From contig OZ240205.1 in NCBI GenBank assembly GCA_965197395.1, positions 1,501,524-1,565,523 on the forward strand: a stretch of 64,000 nt of DNA, read 5' to 3'. Source of the stretch: Vicinamibacterales bacterium (GTDB lineage Bacteria; Acidobacteriota; Vicinamibacteria; Vicinamibacterales; UBA8438). Position 1 is the first letter of the stretch; each line of letters starts with the position of its first letter. Position numbers and translations under genes: made by a program. Positions 9,036 to 18,519 of this stretch are shown one piece after another. The notes beneath the pieces were generated by a model. It ran no database searches. It worked only from the letters and a program-made list of their open reading frames with translations, and had not been told where the DNA came from.

Positions 9036-10511
9036 TCAACGCGAGACGTCTACGGCGCGCCATCGTCCGAGCGCCGCCACGATCTCGCGCCGCGCCGCGC
9101 CGGGCCGCTCCGGCTGGTGGTTGACGAAATAGCAGAAGATCACGGGCGCTTCGAGCTGAGGGTCGAGGACCCCGGCGAGCGCGACCGTGTGACGGAGCGT
9201 TCCGGTCTTCGCTGCAATCGGTGGCGTGCGCGGCCACGCCGCCAGCGTGCCCTCGCCGGGCCCGACCATCCGATCGAGCATCGTCCTGCCCCAGGGTTGT
9301 TCGACCGCATGCGCGAGGACGCGCACGACGGCGTTGGGTGTCACCAGGTTCGACGGCGAGAGACCGGAGCCGTCCTGGATCCACAGGCGTTCACGCGGCC
9401 GCGGGTCGTCGCGGAGGAGGCTGGTGACGAAGTCGGAGATGACGTCGACGCCGTCGTCGAAGCGACCGCTGCCCGCCACTTCCAGCGCCAGCGTCAGCGT
9501 CAGCATGTCGGCGTACCAGTTGTGGCTCTCCGTGAGAACCTGCTCCAGGACGTCTTCGAGGCGGCGCGACCTGAGCTCGGCCAGCGTGGTGACCTGTCGA
9601 GGCCGTGCGACCGGCTGCGGCTGCAGCCGCACCGCACCGTCGAGCCGCACGCCGGCTTCGCCCAGCGCCTCGCGCAGTCGGCGCCCGGCGCGAACCGCGG
9701 GCGCCGGGTCGCTGGCGGTCACCACGAACGGGGCTTCGCTGATCGGGTACTCGCCGCGTAGCAGCAGCGTGTCGGTGCCCCACACCGGCACGAAGTCGAG
9801 CGTGCCTGCGCCGTGCCGTCCTGCGCCGACTGTTGTCGAGTGGTTGATCACCTCGATGCCGTCAGGAACCCGGACGCGCGCCGGCTCGCCAATCGCACGC
9901 CCCGGTGCGACACGAACCGTGATCGTGGCTTCATCGATCGCCAGCGGTGCCGCCGGCGTGCCGTATCTATACGGTAGATCGCCGTAGGAGCGATCGATCG
10001 GATGACGACGGCCGGGAAACCGAGCGGCGTTGACGACCAGGTCGCCGCTGATGCGGCGGAGGCCGTGAGCGCGAATCTGGTCGGCCAGCGTCGCCAGAGG
10101 TTCGGCGGCACCACCGTCGAAGAACGCGTCGGACCATGTCGGATCGCCGCCGGGCTCGATGACCAGATCCCCCTCGAGGATCGCGCCGGTCACCGTCCCG
10201 GCCGACGTCAGGCGGGTGCGCCACCGGTACTCCCCTCCAAGGTGTTCGAGGGCCGCCGCCACCGTGATCACTTTGAGGACGGACGCCGGCACGAACAGGC
10301 GGTCGGCGTTCAGCTCGTCAATCACCTCGTGCTCGCCGCCGTTGACGACGCGCACGGCCACATACCCCCGATGGGCACCATCGACGGGGGGTGCCGGCGG
10401 CTGCGCCACGGCCCGCTCGGCCGAGGACAGCGCCAGAAGCGCCGCAGACAGAGTGAGCAAGAGCGGGCGCCGAGCGCGAGGTGTGGGACGGGCGGCCCCG
10501 GGCGACGTCAT
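9036..10511 (-). CDS. dacB: D-alanyl-D-alanine carboxypeptidase/endopeptidase, PBP4 family (peptidase S13)
   Basis: It has the SxxK motif 'PASVLKV', 'DGSGLSPSN' and 'KTGTL'. The start was trimmed to ATG 10511 ('MTSPGAARPTPRARRPLLLTLSAALLALSSA', a signal peptide). The track start at 10919 overlaps the divergent gene; ATG 10583 is an alternative. Confidence 0.85.
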   Translation of the reverse strand: MTSPGAARPTPRARRPLLLTLSAALLALSSAERAVAQPPAPPVDGAHRGYVAVRVVNGGEHEVIDELNADRLFVPASVLKVITVAAALEHLGGEYRWRTRLTSAGTVTGAILEGDLVIEPGGDPTWSDAFFDGGAAEPLATLADQIRAHGLRRISGDLVVNAARFPGRRHPIDRSYGDLPYRYGTPAAPLAIDEATITVRVAPGRAIGEPARVRVPDGIEVINHSTTVGAGRHGAGTLDFVPVWGTDTLLLRGEYPISEAPFVVTASDPAPAVRAGRRLREALGEAGVRLDGAVRLQPQPVARPRQVTTLAELRSRRLEDVLEQVLTESHNWYADMLTLTLALEVAGSGRFDDGVDVISDFVTSLLRDDPRPRERLWIQDGSGLSPSNLVTPNAVVRVLAHAVEQPWGRTMLDRMVGPGEGTLAAWPRTPPIAAKTGTLRHTVALAGVLDPQLEAPVIFCYFVNHQPERPGAARREIVAALGRWRAVDVSR

Positions 10512-10710
10512 CGGTCGGACGACGGGCAGGATCGGCGCAGGCATTCGGAGTCTTGCAACGGCGGTGACGTATTGTCGCGCCATGGACACACATCGTTCAA
10601 GCTCGCGTGTGTAACCGCGGTAGAGCGTCGCGCGTAGGGGCTCCGTTGTTGAATAGACTGGAGGGTGAGCCTCAGATTCAGGACATCGGCGGGTCGAGAG
10701 AGTTGGACAC

Positions 10711-12111
10711 ATGAGGATAAGTGTGGCCAGGGTGGTATCGGAGGTAGTGGCGCGGGCACGGACGGCGCAGAGCGAATTTGAAGCGTCCGACCAGCGAACG
10801 ATTGACGATACGGTGTGCGCGCTGGCGTGGGTGGTTCTGGAACCGAGTCGAAATCGCGCTCTGTCCGAGCAGGCCGTGGCAGACACCGGCTTGGGTTCGG
10901 TGGAGGACAAGATCCTCAAGAATCATCGCAAGACACTCGGCCTGCTCCGCGACCTGAAAAGGGTACGGACCGTCGGGGTGATCAGTGAGTATCCCGAGCG
11001 GGGTCTGACGGAGATTGCGCGGCCGGCCGGCGTGGTTGGTGCGATCACTCCGTCGACCAACCCGGTCGCGACACCGACCAACAAGGTGATGAACGCGGTC
11101 AAGGGAGGCAACGCCATTGTTCTGGCACCATCGCCGAAAGGAGACGCGACCGCCGTACGCCTCGTGGCGTACTTCCAGGCCGCGCTGCAGGGGGTTGGCG
11201 CGCCGAAAGCGCTCGTCCAGAAGCTGCCAGCTCCGATCAGCCGGGAAGCGACTCGGGAGCTGATGACCCAGGTCGACTTAGTCGTGGCGACCGGATCTCA
11301 AAACAACATCAGGTCAGCCTATTCCAGTGGGACGCCATCGGTCGGCGTTGGAAAGGGGAATGTCGCCGTCATCGTCGATGAGACCGCCGATTGGGTCGGG
11401 GCGGCCGCGAAGATCGTCGCATCGAAGACGTTCGATCATGGAACGAGCTGTTCTTCCGAGAACAGCGCAATCGTCGTTGATGAGGTCTACGATGATTTCT
11501 GTGCGGCACTGCAGGAACAGGGCGCGGTTCTGCTGGACCCTCGTGAAAAGCAGGCGTTGCAGCACACGATGTGGAGTGGAGGCAGACTCAATCCGCAAAT
11601 CCTGGCTCGTTCGGCTATCGAGATCGCGGAGATGTCTGGGATAGAGAGAACTGCTTCGCACGTGACCGTGCTGGTGGTGAGAGAAGACGGGTGTGGGCCT
11701 GACGCTCCGTTCTCTGGCGAGAAACTGTCACCGGTATTGGCACTGTATCGCGCTGCTGATTTCGATGCGGCCTGTGAGCAGGTTCGAAGGATTTACCTTT
11801 ACCAGGGCGCCGGCCACTCGGTCGGATTACACAGTACTGACCCGGCGCGGCCGGAGAGGATTGGTTTGACGCTACCAGCGTGTCGCGTGATCGTGAACCA
11901 GGCTCATTGTTTTGCGACCGGTGGGAACTTTGATAACGGTCTTCCATTTTCGCTCTCGATGGGGTGTGGCACGTGGGGCGGCAACAGCGTCAGCGATAAC
12001 GTCCACTATCGTCACTACCTGAACATCGTCCGGGTGGTGCGACCGATCCCGTCGGTGGAGCCCACGGAAGGGGAACTTCTTGCCGACTATTGGTCCAAGT
12101 ACGGCAAGTAG
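10711..12111 (+). CDS. CoA-acylating aldehyde dehydrogenase (EutE/PduP/sulfoacetaldehyde dehydrogenase-like)
   Basis: It is an ALDH-superfamily protein of the ~460-aa acylating type. It has 'ITPSTNP', the catalytic-Cys region 'FDHGTSCSSENS' and a C-terminal 'GCGTWGGNS'. Confidence 0.75.
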   Translation: MRISVARVVSEVVARARTAQSEFEASDQRTIDDTVCALAWVVLEPSRNRALSEQAVADTGLGSVEDKILKNHRKTLGLLRDLKRVRTVGVISEYPERGLTEIARPAGVVGAITPSTNPVATPTNKVMNAVKGGNAIVLAPSPKGDATAVRLVAYFQAALQGVGAPKALVQKLPAPISREATRELMTQVDLVVATGSQNNIRSAYSSGTPSVGVGKGNVAVIVDETADWVGAAAKIVASKTFDHGTSCSSENSAIVVDEVYDDFCAALQEQGAVLLDPREKQALQHTMWSGGRLNPQILARSAIEIAEMSGIERTASHVTVLVVREDGCGPDAPFSGEKLSPVLALYRAADFDAACEQVRRIYLYQGAGHSVGLHSTDPARPERIGLTLPACRVIVNQAHCFATGGNFDNGLPFSLSMGCGTWGGNSVSDNVHYRHYLNIVRVVRPIPSVEPTEGELLADYWSKYGK

Positions 12112-12142
12112 CCCTGGAGCCGGTTTTGGCCCGCTACCGGAC

Positions 12143-13684
12143 ATGGGGGGACTGACCATCCGGTCTCTGCTTGATGCCGGCGCGGTGGAACACCCGAACC
12201 GAGTGTTCTCGGTGTTTCCGGAATCTCGTCACGTCCTTACCTGGTCCGAGCTTCGTCGGGCCGGAGTTCGTGTGTCCGCCTGCCTGTCGGCCGCCGGTAT
12301 TCCCGGTGGCGCCGGGGTGGGGATTCTCATGGCCAACGGGCGCACCGCTCTGGAGCTGTTCTTGGGCTGCATGTATGCCGGACGTGTTGCGGCAACGTTC
12401 AACCCGGTGGCGGGTCCCGAGACACTGGCCTATGTGATTGCCCATTCCGGTGTCACCCAGCTCTATACGGACGAGGCTCACGCGGATCTGGCAGCGGGCG
12501 CCGTGAGGCTGTCTGGGAGGGAGTTGGCGCTCAAGAAAGTGGACAGAGATACCGGTCTTTTAGACCCCGGCGCTGAGCGATCCGAAGGATCCAAGAAGCC
12601 TCGTCCGGGTGACGATGCGTTGCTCATCTACACCTCCGGTACCACGGGTCGCCCGAAGGGCGTCGTCCATACCCATGCCAGCTTGTTGGCAGGGGGTGCA
12701 AACACGGTGTCGGCGCACCGACTCGAGCGGGATGATCGGGCTCTTTGTGTCCTACCGCTGTGTCATATCAATGGCCAGGTTGTGACCGTCATCGCGCCAT
12801 TGGTGAGCCGATCTTCCGTGGTCTTGCCGTCGCGGTTCAGCACGAGCAGCTTTTGGGAATGGATCGTGACGGAAGGGTGCACCTGGTTTAGTGTGGTGCC
12901 GACGATGATCTCCTACCTCTTGGGCCTGGATGATGCCCCGCGCTCAGTAGCTGATGACAGGCTTAAGCACGTGCGCTTTGGCCGCTCCGCGTCGGCGCCA
13001 CTTGCACCCGCCGTGCACAGAGCTTTTGTGGAGCGCTTCGGGATTCCGTTGGTCGAAACCATGGGTGTCACGGAAACAGCAGCCCAGATCCTATCCAACC
13101 CGCTGGATCCTGCCGCTCAACGAACCGGATCCCCCGGGCGAGCCTGCGGCAACGAGGTACGGATCAGTGGAGTCGGCGCACCGGAGGGTGGTACCGGTTG
13201 CGGAGGGGAAATCGAGGTCCGTGGCCCAAACTGATGGTTGGTCATGCGTGCAAACTACCTGAACGACGAGCACGCAACCCATGAGGCTTTCACCGCTGAT
13301 GGTTGGTATCGAACCGGAGACTTGGGGCGAATGGATCCGGACGGTTTCGTGCACGTGACCGGCAGGATAAAGGAACTCATCCTAAAAGGAGGGGAGAACA
13401 TATCACCGCGGGAGATTGACGATGTCCTGTACCGCTTCCCCGGAATCCTTGAGGCAGCCGCGATCGGTGTACCCGATCCGGAGTACGGTGAAGAGATAGC
13501 GGCCTGTGTGGTGCCGGTGCCCGGCGCCCGCGTGGATGAAGGTGCGCTTAGAGACTTCTGCATCGACGTGCTGGGTTTGTTCAAATCGCCGCGGTTCTTC
13601 CACTTCTTGGAAGAGTTGCCGAAAGGGCCCTCGGGTAAGATTCAGCGCCTCAAGCTTTTGGCTTCTCTCTCGCGGCGAGTGTGA
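12143..13684 (+). pseudogene. AMP-dependent acyl-CoA synthetase/ligase interrupted by an in-frame TGA (13232..13234)
   Basis: It has the AMP-binding motif 'LIYTSGTTGRPKGV'. The sequence reads 'EIEVRGPN' + TGA + 'WLVMRANYLNDEHATHEAFTADGWYRTGDLG...GRIKELILKGGENISPREID...LPKGPSGKIQR'. Track ORFs 12080..13234 and 13238..13684 are in the same frame. ATG 12143 was chosen as the start. Confidence 0.8.
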
Positions 13685-13707
13685 CAGGACCGGCTGAGTG
13701 GGTCGAG

Positions 13708-13728
13708 GTGTCTCCGGTGGCGAGACAC
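13708..13728 (+). terminator. Stem-loop downstream of the acyl-CoA synthetase
   Basis: 'gtgtctc cggtggc gagacac' forms a 7-bp stem 24 nt after the stop. There is no strong T-tract. Confidence 0.35.
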
Positions 13729-13795
13729 TCTTCACAGAAACCGATGCTCGCCGACAAAGACGCGGCCGCGGGTCCAGCTGCACCGACTACGAGGG

Positions 13796-13999
13796 TCAGG
13801 ACCTGCCTGGTGAAGCGACGGGGCGTTCCAATGATTGGATGAGCTCCTGGAGCGACGCGATTTCGTTTTCGGCCGCGTAGAGTATCGCGCGCGTTTCCTG
13901 CAGCGTCGGGGTGTTCCACTCCTCGTCGTTGAGTCGCACACGCCCAGCGTCATCGAACTCCACCAGCACCGCGTCCATCGGTTCGATGTATAGGCGCAT
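13796..13999 (-). CDS. Small hypothetical protein (67 aa) downstream of grpE
   Basis: The composition is balanced ('MRLYIEPMDAVLVEFDDAGRVRLNDEEWNTPTLQETRAILYAAENEIASLQELIQSL'). It is co-oriented with grpE. I recognise no family. Confidence 0.35.
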   Translation of the reverse strand: MRLYIEPMDAVLVEFDDAGRVRLNDEEWNTPTLQETRAILYAAENEIASLQELIQSLERPVASPGRS

Positions 14000-14047
14000 G
14001 AGCCCTCCAGCTCCGTCGTTGCACCGGCGGCTCTCTTACGGCCGTCG

Positions 14048-14707
14048 CTAAGGCGAGTCGACCGTCTGCAGTTTCCCCACCGTCACGCTCGCCGGTCGCA
14101 GCACTTCGTCACCGACCATGTATCCCGGTTTGGCCACGGCCACGACGGTGTCGTGCTGAGTCGCATCCTGCACCGGCCCGGTCGACAGCGCATCGTCGTT
14201 GGGGTCGAACCGTTGACCGAGGGCATCGACTCGAGTGACGCCGAAGCCGCTCAATGTCGCGAGGCACTGATCCCGCACCAGGCCGACTCCTGTCAGGACG
14301 GCATCGCCCGTTCCCGGCGCGGGGTCCGTCGCCTCGACCGTCGCGTCGATCGCCCGCTCGAGATTGTCGACGACCTCCAGGAACGCGGCGAGGACGCCGC
14401 GCTTTTCGCGCTCGACGTCCTTGGCCGACTCCCGGCGCAAGCGCTCGCGTATCTGGTCGAAGTCCTTGGCCGCATTCGTGTACTTGGCGGCGTACTCCGC
14501 GAGGAGCGTCTCCTTTTCCGCCAGTTGCCGCTGGAGGTCCTCCACGTATGCAGGCTTCCCGGAGACCGTGCCGCCAGGGGAGGCGTCGACGTCCGCCGCC
14601 GCGCGTGCCCACCAGCGCTTATCCACGACCCGGACGGGGCTCGCGTCGTCCTCGGTGCGTCCGTCGGCGGGGGAGGCATCTGTCGGTGGGGAGGCCGACT
14701 CAGTCAC
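14048..14707 (-). CDS. grpE: Nucleotide exchange factor GrpE
   Basis: It has a coiled-coil 'LQRQLAEKETLLAEYAAKYTNAAKDFDQIRERLRRE', 'LLAAFLEVVDNLERA' and a C-terminal beta domain 'GYMVGDEVLRPASVTV'. The GTG start at 14707 overlaps the clpA stop. Confidence 0.85.
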   Translation of the reverse strand: MTESASPPTDASPADGRTEDDASPVRVVDKRWWARAAADVDASPGGTVSGKPAYVEDLQRQLAEKETLLAEYAAKYTNAAKDFDQIRERLRRESAKDVEREKRGVLAAFLEVVDNLERAIDATVEATDPAPGTGDAVLTGVGLVRDQCLATLSGFGVTRVDALGQRFDPNDDALSTGPVQDATQHDTVVAVAKPGYMVGDEVLRPASVTVGKLQTVDSP

Positions 14708-17060
14708 TGGTCGCCTCTTCGGGGGTCCGCGCTGGCGCTCCAGGCACGTCGCCAGGTGCCGCCGCCTGGCTATCGGCCTCGACGTCGAACGTCAGGGCGT
14801 CGTCCGTCAGGCCGATGCGCACCGTGCCGCCTTGCTGGAGGCGGCCGAACAGGATGTCATCGGTGAGCGGATTGCGCACCTCAGTCTGGACAACACGCGC
14901 CAGCGGCCGTGCGCCGTAGACCGGGTCATATCCCTTGTTGGCCAGCCAGGCGCGCGCGTCCGGCTCGAGCGTGATCGCGACCCGCCGCTCGGCAAGCTGG
15001 GCCTCGAGTTGCAGGATGAACTTCTCGACGATGGTCTCCATCACGGCCGGGGTCAGGGTGCCGAACGTGACGATTGCGTCGAGGCGGTTGCGGAACTCGG
15101 GACTGAACACGCGCTCGATCGCGGCTTTCATGCGACCCTTGGCCGACCGCGCCTGATCGTCGCTGAACCCGATGGCGGTGGCGCTAGCTTCGCGCGACCC
15201 CGCGTTCGACGTCATGATCAGCACGACATGGCGAAAGTCGGCCTTGCGGCCGCTGTTGTCGGTCAACGTCGCGTGATCCATCACCTGGAGCAGGATGTTG
15301 TAGACGTCGGTGTGCGCTTTCTCTATCTCGTCGAGCAACACGACGCTGTAGGGGTGTGTCCGGACCGCATCAACGAGCAACCCACCTTGCTCAAAGCCGA
15401 CGTAGCCCGGCGGCGCGCCAATCAGCCGCGCCACCGCGTGCTTCTCCATGTACTCGCTCATGTCGTAGCGGATGAACTCGTTCCCGAGGTGGAGCGCTAG
15501 CTGACGCGCGAGCTCGGTCTTGCCGACACCGGTTGGCCCGGCGAACAGGAAACATCCCGCCGGTCGGTCCGGCATGCCGAGACCAGCGCGGGCGCGCTTG
15601 ATCGCCGTCACGACCGCGCTGACCGCCTCCTCCTGACCAAAGACCACGCGTTGAAGCGCTTCCTCCAGCGTCCGCAGGCGCTCCTTGTCCGAGGAGGTGG
15701 TCTGCTTCTCTGGAATGCGCGCCATCCGCGCCACGACCCGCTCAACGTCGCCGATGGTCACTTCGGGCGGCGGGTCCCCGTCGGCCGCCGTCGCCTCGTC
15801 GGCCGGCGGTAATCCCATGGCAAGGACGGCGCCCGCCTCGTCAATCACGTCGATGGCGCTGTCCGGCAATCGCGAGTCGCGCAGGTGACGCTTGGCGAGC
15901 TTGGCCGCCGCGGCGATGGCATCGTCGGCGTAGGTGACCATGTGGTGCGCCTCGTAGCGTGACCGCAGCCCCTCGAGGATCTTCCCGGCTTCGTCCACCG
16001 TGGGTTCGTCGACGACGACTTTTTGCAGCCGTCGTGCCAGCGCGCGGTCCTTTTCGATGTGCTTGAAATCCTCGAACGTCGTCGAGCCGATCACGCGTAG
16101 CTCGCCCGCGGCGAGCACCGGCTTGATGAGCGTGGCGAGATCCATCGTTCCGCCGGTCGTGGCGCCGGCGCCGACCGTCGCGTGCACCTCGTCGATGAAC
16201 AGAATGGGCAGCGGGTGATCGGCGAGCGCGCCGATGACCGCCTTGAATCGTTCCTCGAAATCACCCCGAAACCGCGTGCCGGCGAGCAGTGCCGCGGTGT
16301 CGAGTGAGAACACCTCGGCGCCGGTCAAGCGCGTGGGCACGTCCTCATCAATCAGGCGTGCCGCCAGCCCCTCGGCGAGCGCGGTCTTGCCGACACCGGC
16401 GTCCCCGACGAAGACCGGGTTGTTCTTGCGCCGCCGGCAGAGGATCTCCAGCGTGCGTTGCAACTCGCTCGTCCGGCCGATCAGCGGGTCGAGTTTGCCG
16501 GCCTTTGCCCGTACCGACAGGTTGACGGCATACGCCGAGAGTGGGTCGCGGGCGGCTGCAGGCCCTTCCTCGCCGAACCCCGCCTCGGCGCTCTCGTTCT
16601 GCTTGTCGGTGTCGCCGGTGATGAGCGGCACCTTGGAGATGCCGTGTGAAATGAAGTTGAGGACGTCGAGTCGGGTGATGCCTTGCGCTTCGAGGACCTG
16701 TGCGGCGTAGGCCTTCGGCTGCTGCAGGATGGCGGCAAGCACGTCGCCAGACCGGACCTCGTCCTTCCCCGCGCTTTGCACGTGCAGCACCGCCGTTTGC
16801 AGCACGCGACGGAAGCCGAGTGTCTGGGCGGGCTCGCGGGACCGCTCCGCGCGCCCGAAGGTCTCCAGCGTGCCGAGGAACTCGTCCAGCGTGCGCCGCA
16901 GGGCCGGCAGTTCCGACCCGCAGGCCGACAGAATCCGCTCACCCTCGGGATCGTGGGCAAGGGCGTAGAGCAGATGCTCCAGGGTGAGATGGGTGTGGCG
17001 CCTGGAGGCCGCCTCCCGGTACGCGACGTTGAGAATCAGCTCGAGCGATGCGCTGAACAT
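14700..17060 (-). CDS. clpA: ATP-dependent Clp protease ATP-binding subunit ClpA
   Basis: The Clp N-domain begins 'MFSASLELILNVAYREAASRRH'. There are two AAA+ modules ('GDAGVGKTALAEGLA', 'FAGPTGVGKTELARQLA') and no ClpB-type middle domain. The start was trimmed to ATG 17060. Confidence 0.9.
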   Translation of the reverse strand: MFSASLELILNVAYREAASRRHTHLTLEHLLYALAHDPEGERILSACGSELPALRRTLDEFLGTLETFGRAERSREPAQTLGFRRVLQTAVLHVQSAGKDEVRSGDVLAAILQQPKAYAAQVLEAQGITRLDVLNFISHGISKVPLITGDTDKQNESAEAGFGEEGPAAARDPLSAYAVNLSVRAKAGKLDPLIGRTSELQRTLEILCRRRKNNPVFVGDAGVGKTALAEGLAARLIDEDVPTRLTGAEVFSLDTAALLAGTRFRGDFEERFKAVIGALADHPLPILFIDEVHATVGAGATTGGTMDLATLIKPVLAAGELRVIGSTTFEDFKHIEKDRALARRLQKVVVDEPTVDEAGKILEGLRSRYEAHHMVTYADDAIAAAAKLAKRHLRDSRLPDSAIDVIDEAGAVLAMGLPPADEATAADGDPPPEVTIGDVERVVARMARIPEKQTTSSDKERLRTLEEALQRVVFGQEEAVSAVVTAIKRARAGLGMPDRPAGCFLFAGPTGVGKTELARQLALHLGNEFIRYDMSEYMEKHAVARLIGAPPGYVGFEQGGLLVDAVRTHPYSVVLLDEIEKAHTDVYNILLQVMDHATLTDNSGRKADFRHVVLIMTSNAGSREASATAIGFSDDQARSAKGRMKAAIERVFSPEFRNRLDAIVTFGTLTPAVMETIVEKFILQLEAQLAERRVAITLEPDARAWLANKGYDPVYGARPLARVVQTEVRNPLTDDILFGRLQQGGTVRIGLTDDALTFDVEADSQAAAPGDVPGAPARTPEEATSD

Positions 17061-17076
17061 GCGGGATTGGACTCCT

Positions 17077-17397
17077 TTAGGCGTCTTCGATGCTGGCCTG
17101 CAACGGAAAGCCTTCTCGCGCGGCCTGTTCACGGACGGTCTCGACTTTGGTTTCGGCCACCTCGTAGGTGTAGGTGCCGCAGACCGCTTGACCCTGCGTG
17201 TGCACCTGCATCATCAGTCGAAACGCCTCGGCCGGGCTCTTTTGAAAAGTGCCCTCCAGCACGCTCAGCACGAACTCCATGGTCGTGTAGTCGTCATTGA
17301 TCAGCAGTACCCGGTAGAGCTTCGGGGTCTCGGTCTTGTCCTGCCGCCGTTCAAGGACAGCCCCGCCGGTCTGCCCGTCCGTACCGTCCGCTGTCAT
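17077..17397 (-). CDS. clpS: ATP-dependent Clp protease adaptor ClpS
   Basis: 'YRVLLINDDYTTMEFVLSVLEGTFQKSPAEAFRLMMQVHTQGQAVCGTYTYEVAETK' is a canonical ClpS core. It sits directly upstream of clpA. Confidence 0.9.
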   Translation of the reverse strand: MTADGTDGQTGGAVLERRQDKTETPKLYRVLLINDDYTTMEFVLSVLEGTFQKSPAEAFRLMMQVHTQGQAVCGTYTYEVAETKVETVREQAAREGFPLQASIEDA

Positions 17398-17543
17398 GGT
17401 TGTCGTTGTCGTCCCAGGGAGGGCCTGCTGGACTGTCGCTTCCAGCGTACTGAGACAGCTTTCGACAGGTCAAGCGCGCGGCGCACGCGGCCGCGGTTGG
17501 CGCCGGGATCCTCTCAGCGGTCATAGTACAATCCCGCCGGCGC

Positions 17544-18470
17544 ATGGAAACGATCACCCGCGGCATCACGTACACCGACCTGATGCACCGGGGACGCCCC
17601 CGCATCATTGCCACCGCGATCCTCCAGAGCCCCGGGGGCGTGGCGCTCGTCGATCCGGGTCCGACGTCGTGCCTCGAGACCCTTCGCGCCTCGCTGGCCG
17701 ACGCCGGCATCGGGGTCGGCGACCTGCGCGCGCTGCTGCTGACGCACATTCATCTGGATCACGCCGGAGCCGCAGGCTCACTGCTCGCCGAGAACCCGGA
17801 GATCGAGGTCTATGTCCACGAGCGCGGCGCGCCGCACATGATCGATCCAGCCAAGCTGCTGGGGAGTGCGCGGCGCCTCTACGGCGACGCCATGGACGAT
17901 CTCTGGGGCGCGTTTCTCCCGGTGCCGGAGACGGCCGTGCGGATCTTGAAGGGCGGCGAACGAATTGCCGTGGCCGACCGCGAGCTCGAGGTGGCGTATA
18001 CGCCGGGCCATGCGTGGCACCACGTCAGCTATTTCGATCGGTCGAGTGGGGTCGCGTTCGTCGGCGACGTCGCGGGCGTCCGTACCGGGACCGAGCCGTT
18101 CGTCATGCCGCCGACGCCGCCACCCGACATCGACATTGAGGTGTGGGGCAACAGCATCGAGTTCGTCCGACGCTGGCAGCCGGCCACGCTGCTCGTGACC
18201 CACTATGGCGCGCACGAGAATCCCCCGGCGCATCTGGACGCGCTGCTGACGCACCTCGAGGCGGCGTCGGCAATGGCTCGCCGCAGTCTCGATGTCGAAG
18301 GCACCGACGACGATCGCCTGAACGCGTTCGCCGACGAGATGCGCATCTATCTGCAGCGGCACATCCCGCAGAACGAAGCCGATCTGTACGGGTACGCCGC
18401 CCCGATCGACCAGTGCTGGCTTGGCCTGGCGCGGTACTGGCGCAAGCGCGGGGTCGGGGTCCAGGCGTAA
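17544..18470 (+). CDS. MBL-fold metallo-hydrolase
   Basis: It has the 'LLLTHIHLDHAGAAG' HxHxDH motif and a downstream 'TPGHAWHH'. Confidence 0.8.
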   Translation: METITRGITYTDLMHRGRPRIIATAILQSPGGVALVDPGPTSCLETLRASLADAGIGVGDLRALLLTHIHLDHAGAAGSLLAENPEIEVYVHERGAPHMIDPAKLLGSARRLYGDAMDDLWGAFLPVPETAVRILKGGERIAVADRELEVAYTPGHAWHHVSYFDRSSGVAFVGDVAGVRTGTEPFVMPPTPPPDIDIEVWGNSIEFVRRWQPATLLVTHYGAHENPPAHLDALLTHLEAASAMARRSLDVEGTDDDRLNAFADEMRIYLQRHIPQNEADLYGYAAPIDQCWLGLARYWRKRGVGVQA

Positions 18471-18501
18471 ACGGCGACCGACGCCCGTCCGCGGCGGGGT
18501 T

Positions 18502-18518
18502 CGGGGGCGCAGCCCCCG
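18502..18518. terminator. GC-rich hairpin between convergent genes (likely bidirectional terminator)
   Basis: 'cgggggc gca gcccccg' lies between the stops at 18470 (+) and 18520 (-). It is preceded by 'ggggttc', like the hairpin at 27923. Confidence 0.5.
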
Positions 18519-18519
18519 A

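Noticed and set aside
13232-13234. In-frame TGA as selenocysteine or other recoding
   Set aside because: The position is not a known Sec site in adenylate-forming enzymes. I see no SECIS-like hairpin immediately downstream. Deleting the 9 nt that include the TGA restores the canonical 'RGPNVM'. An insertion lesion or a sequencing error is more parsimonious.
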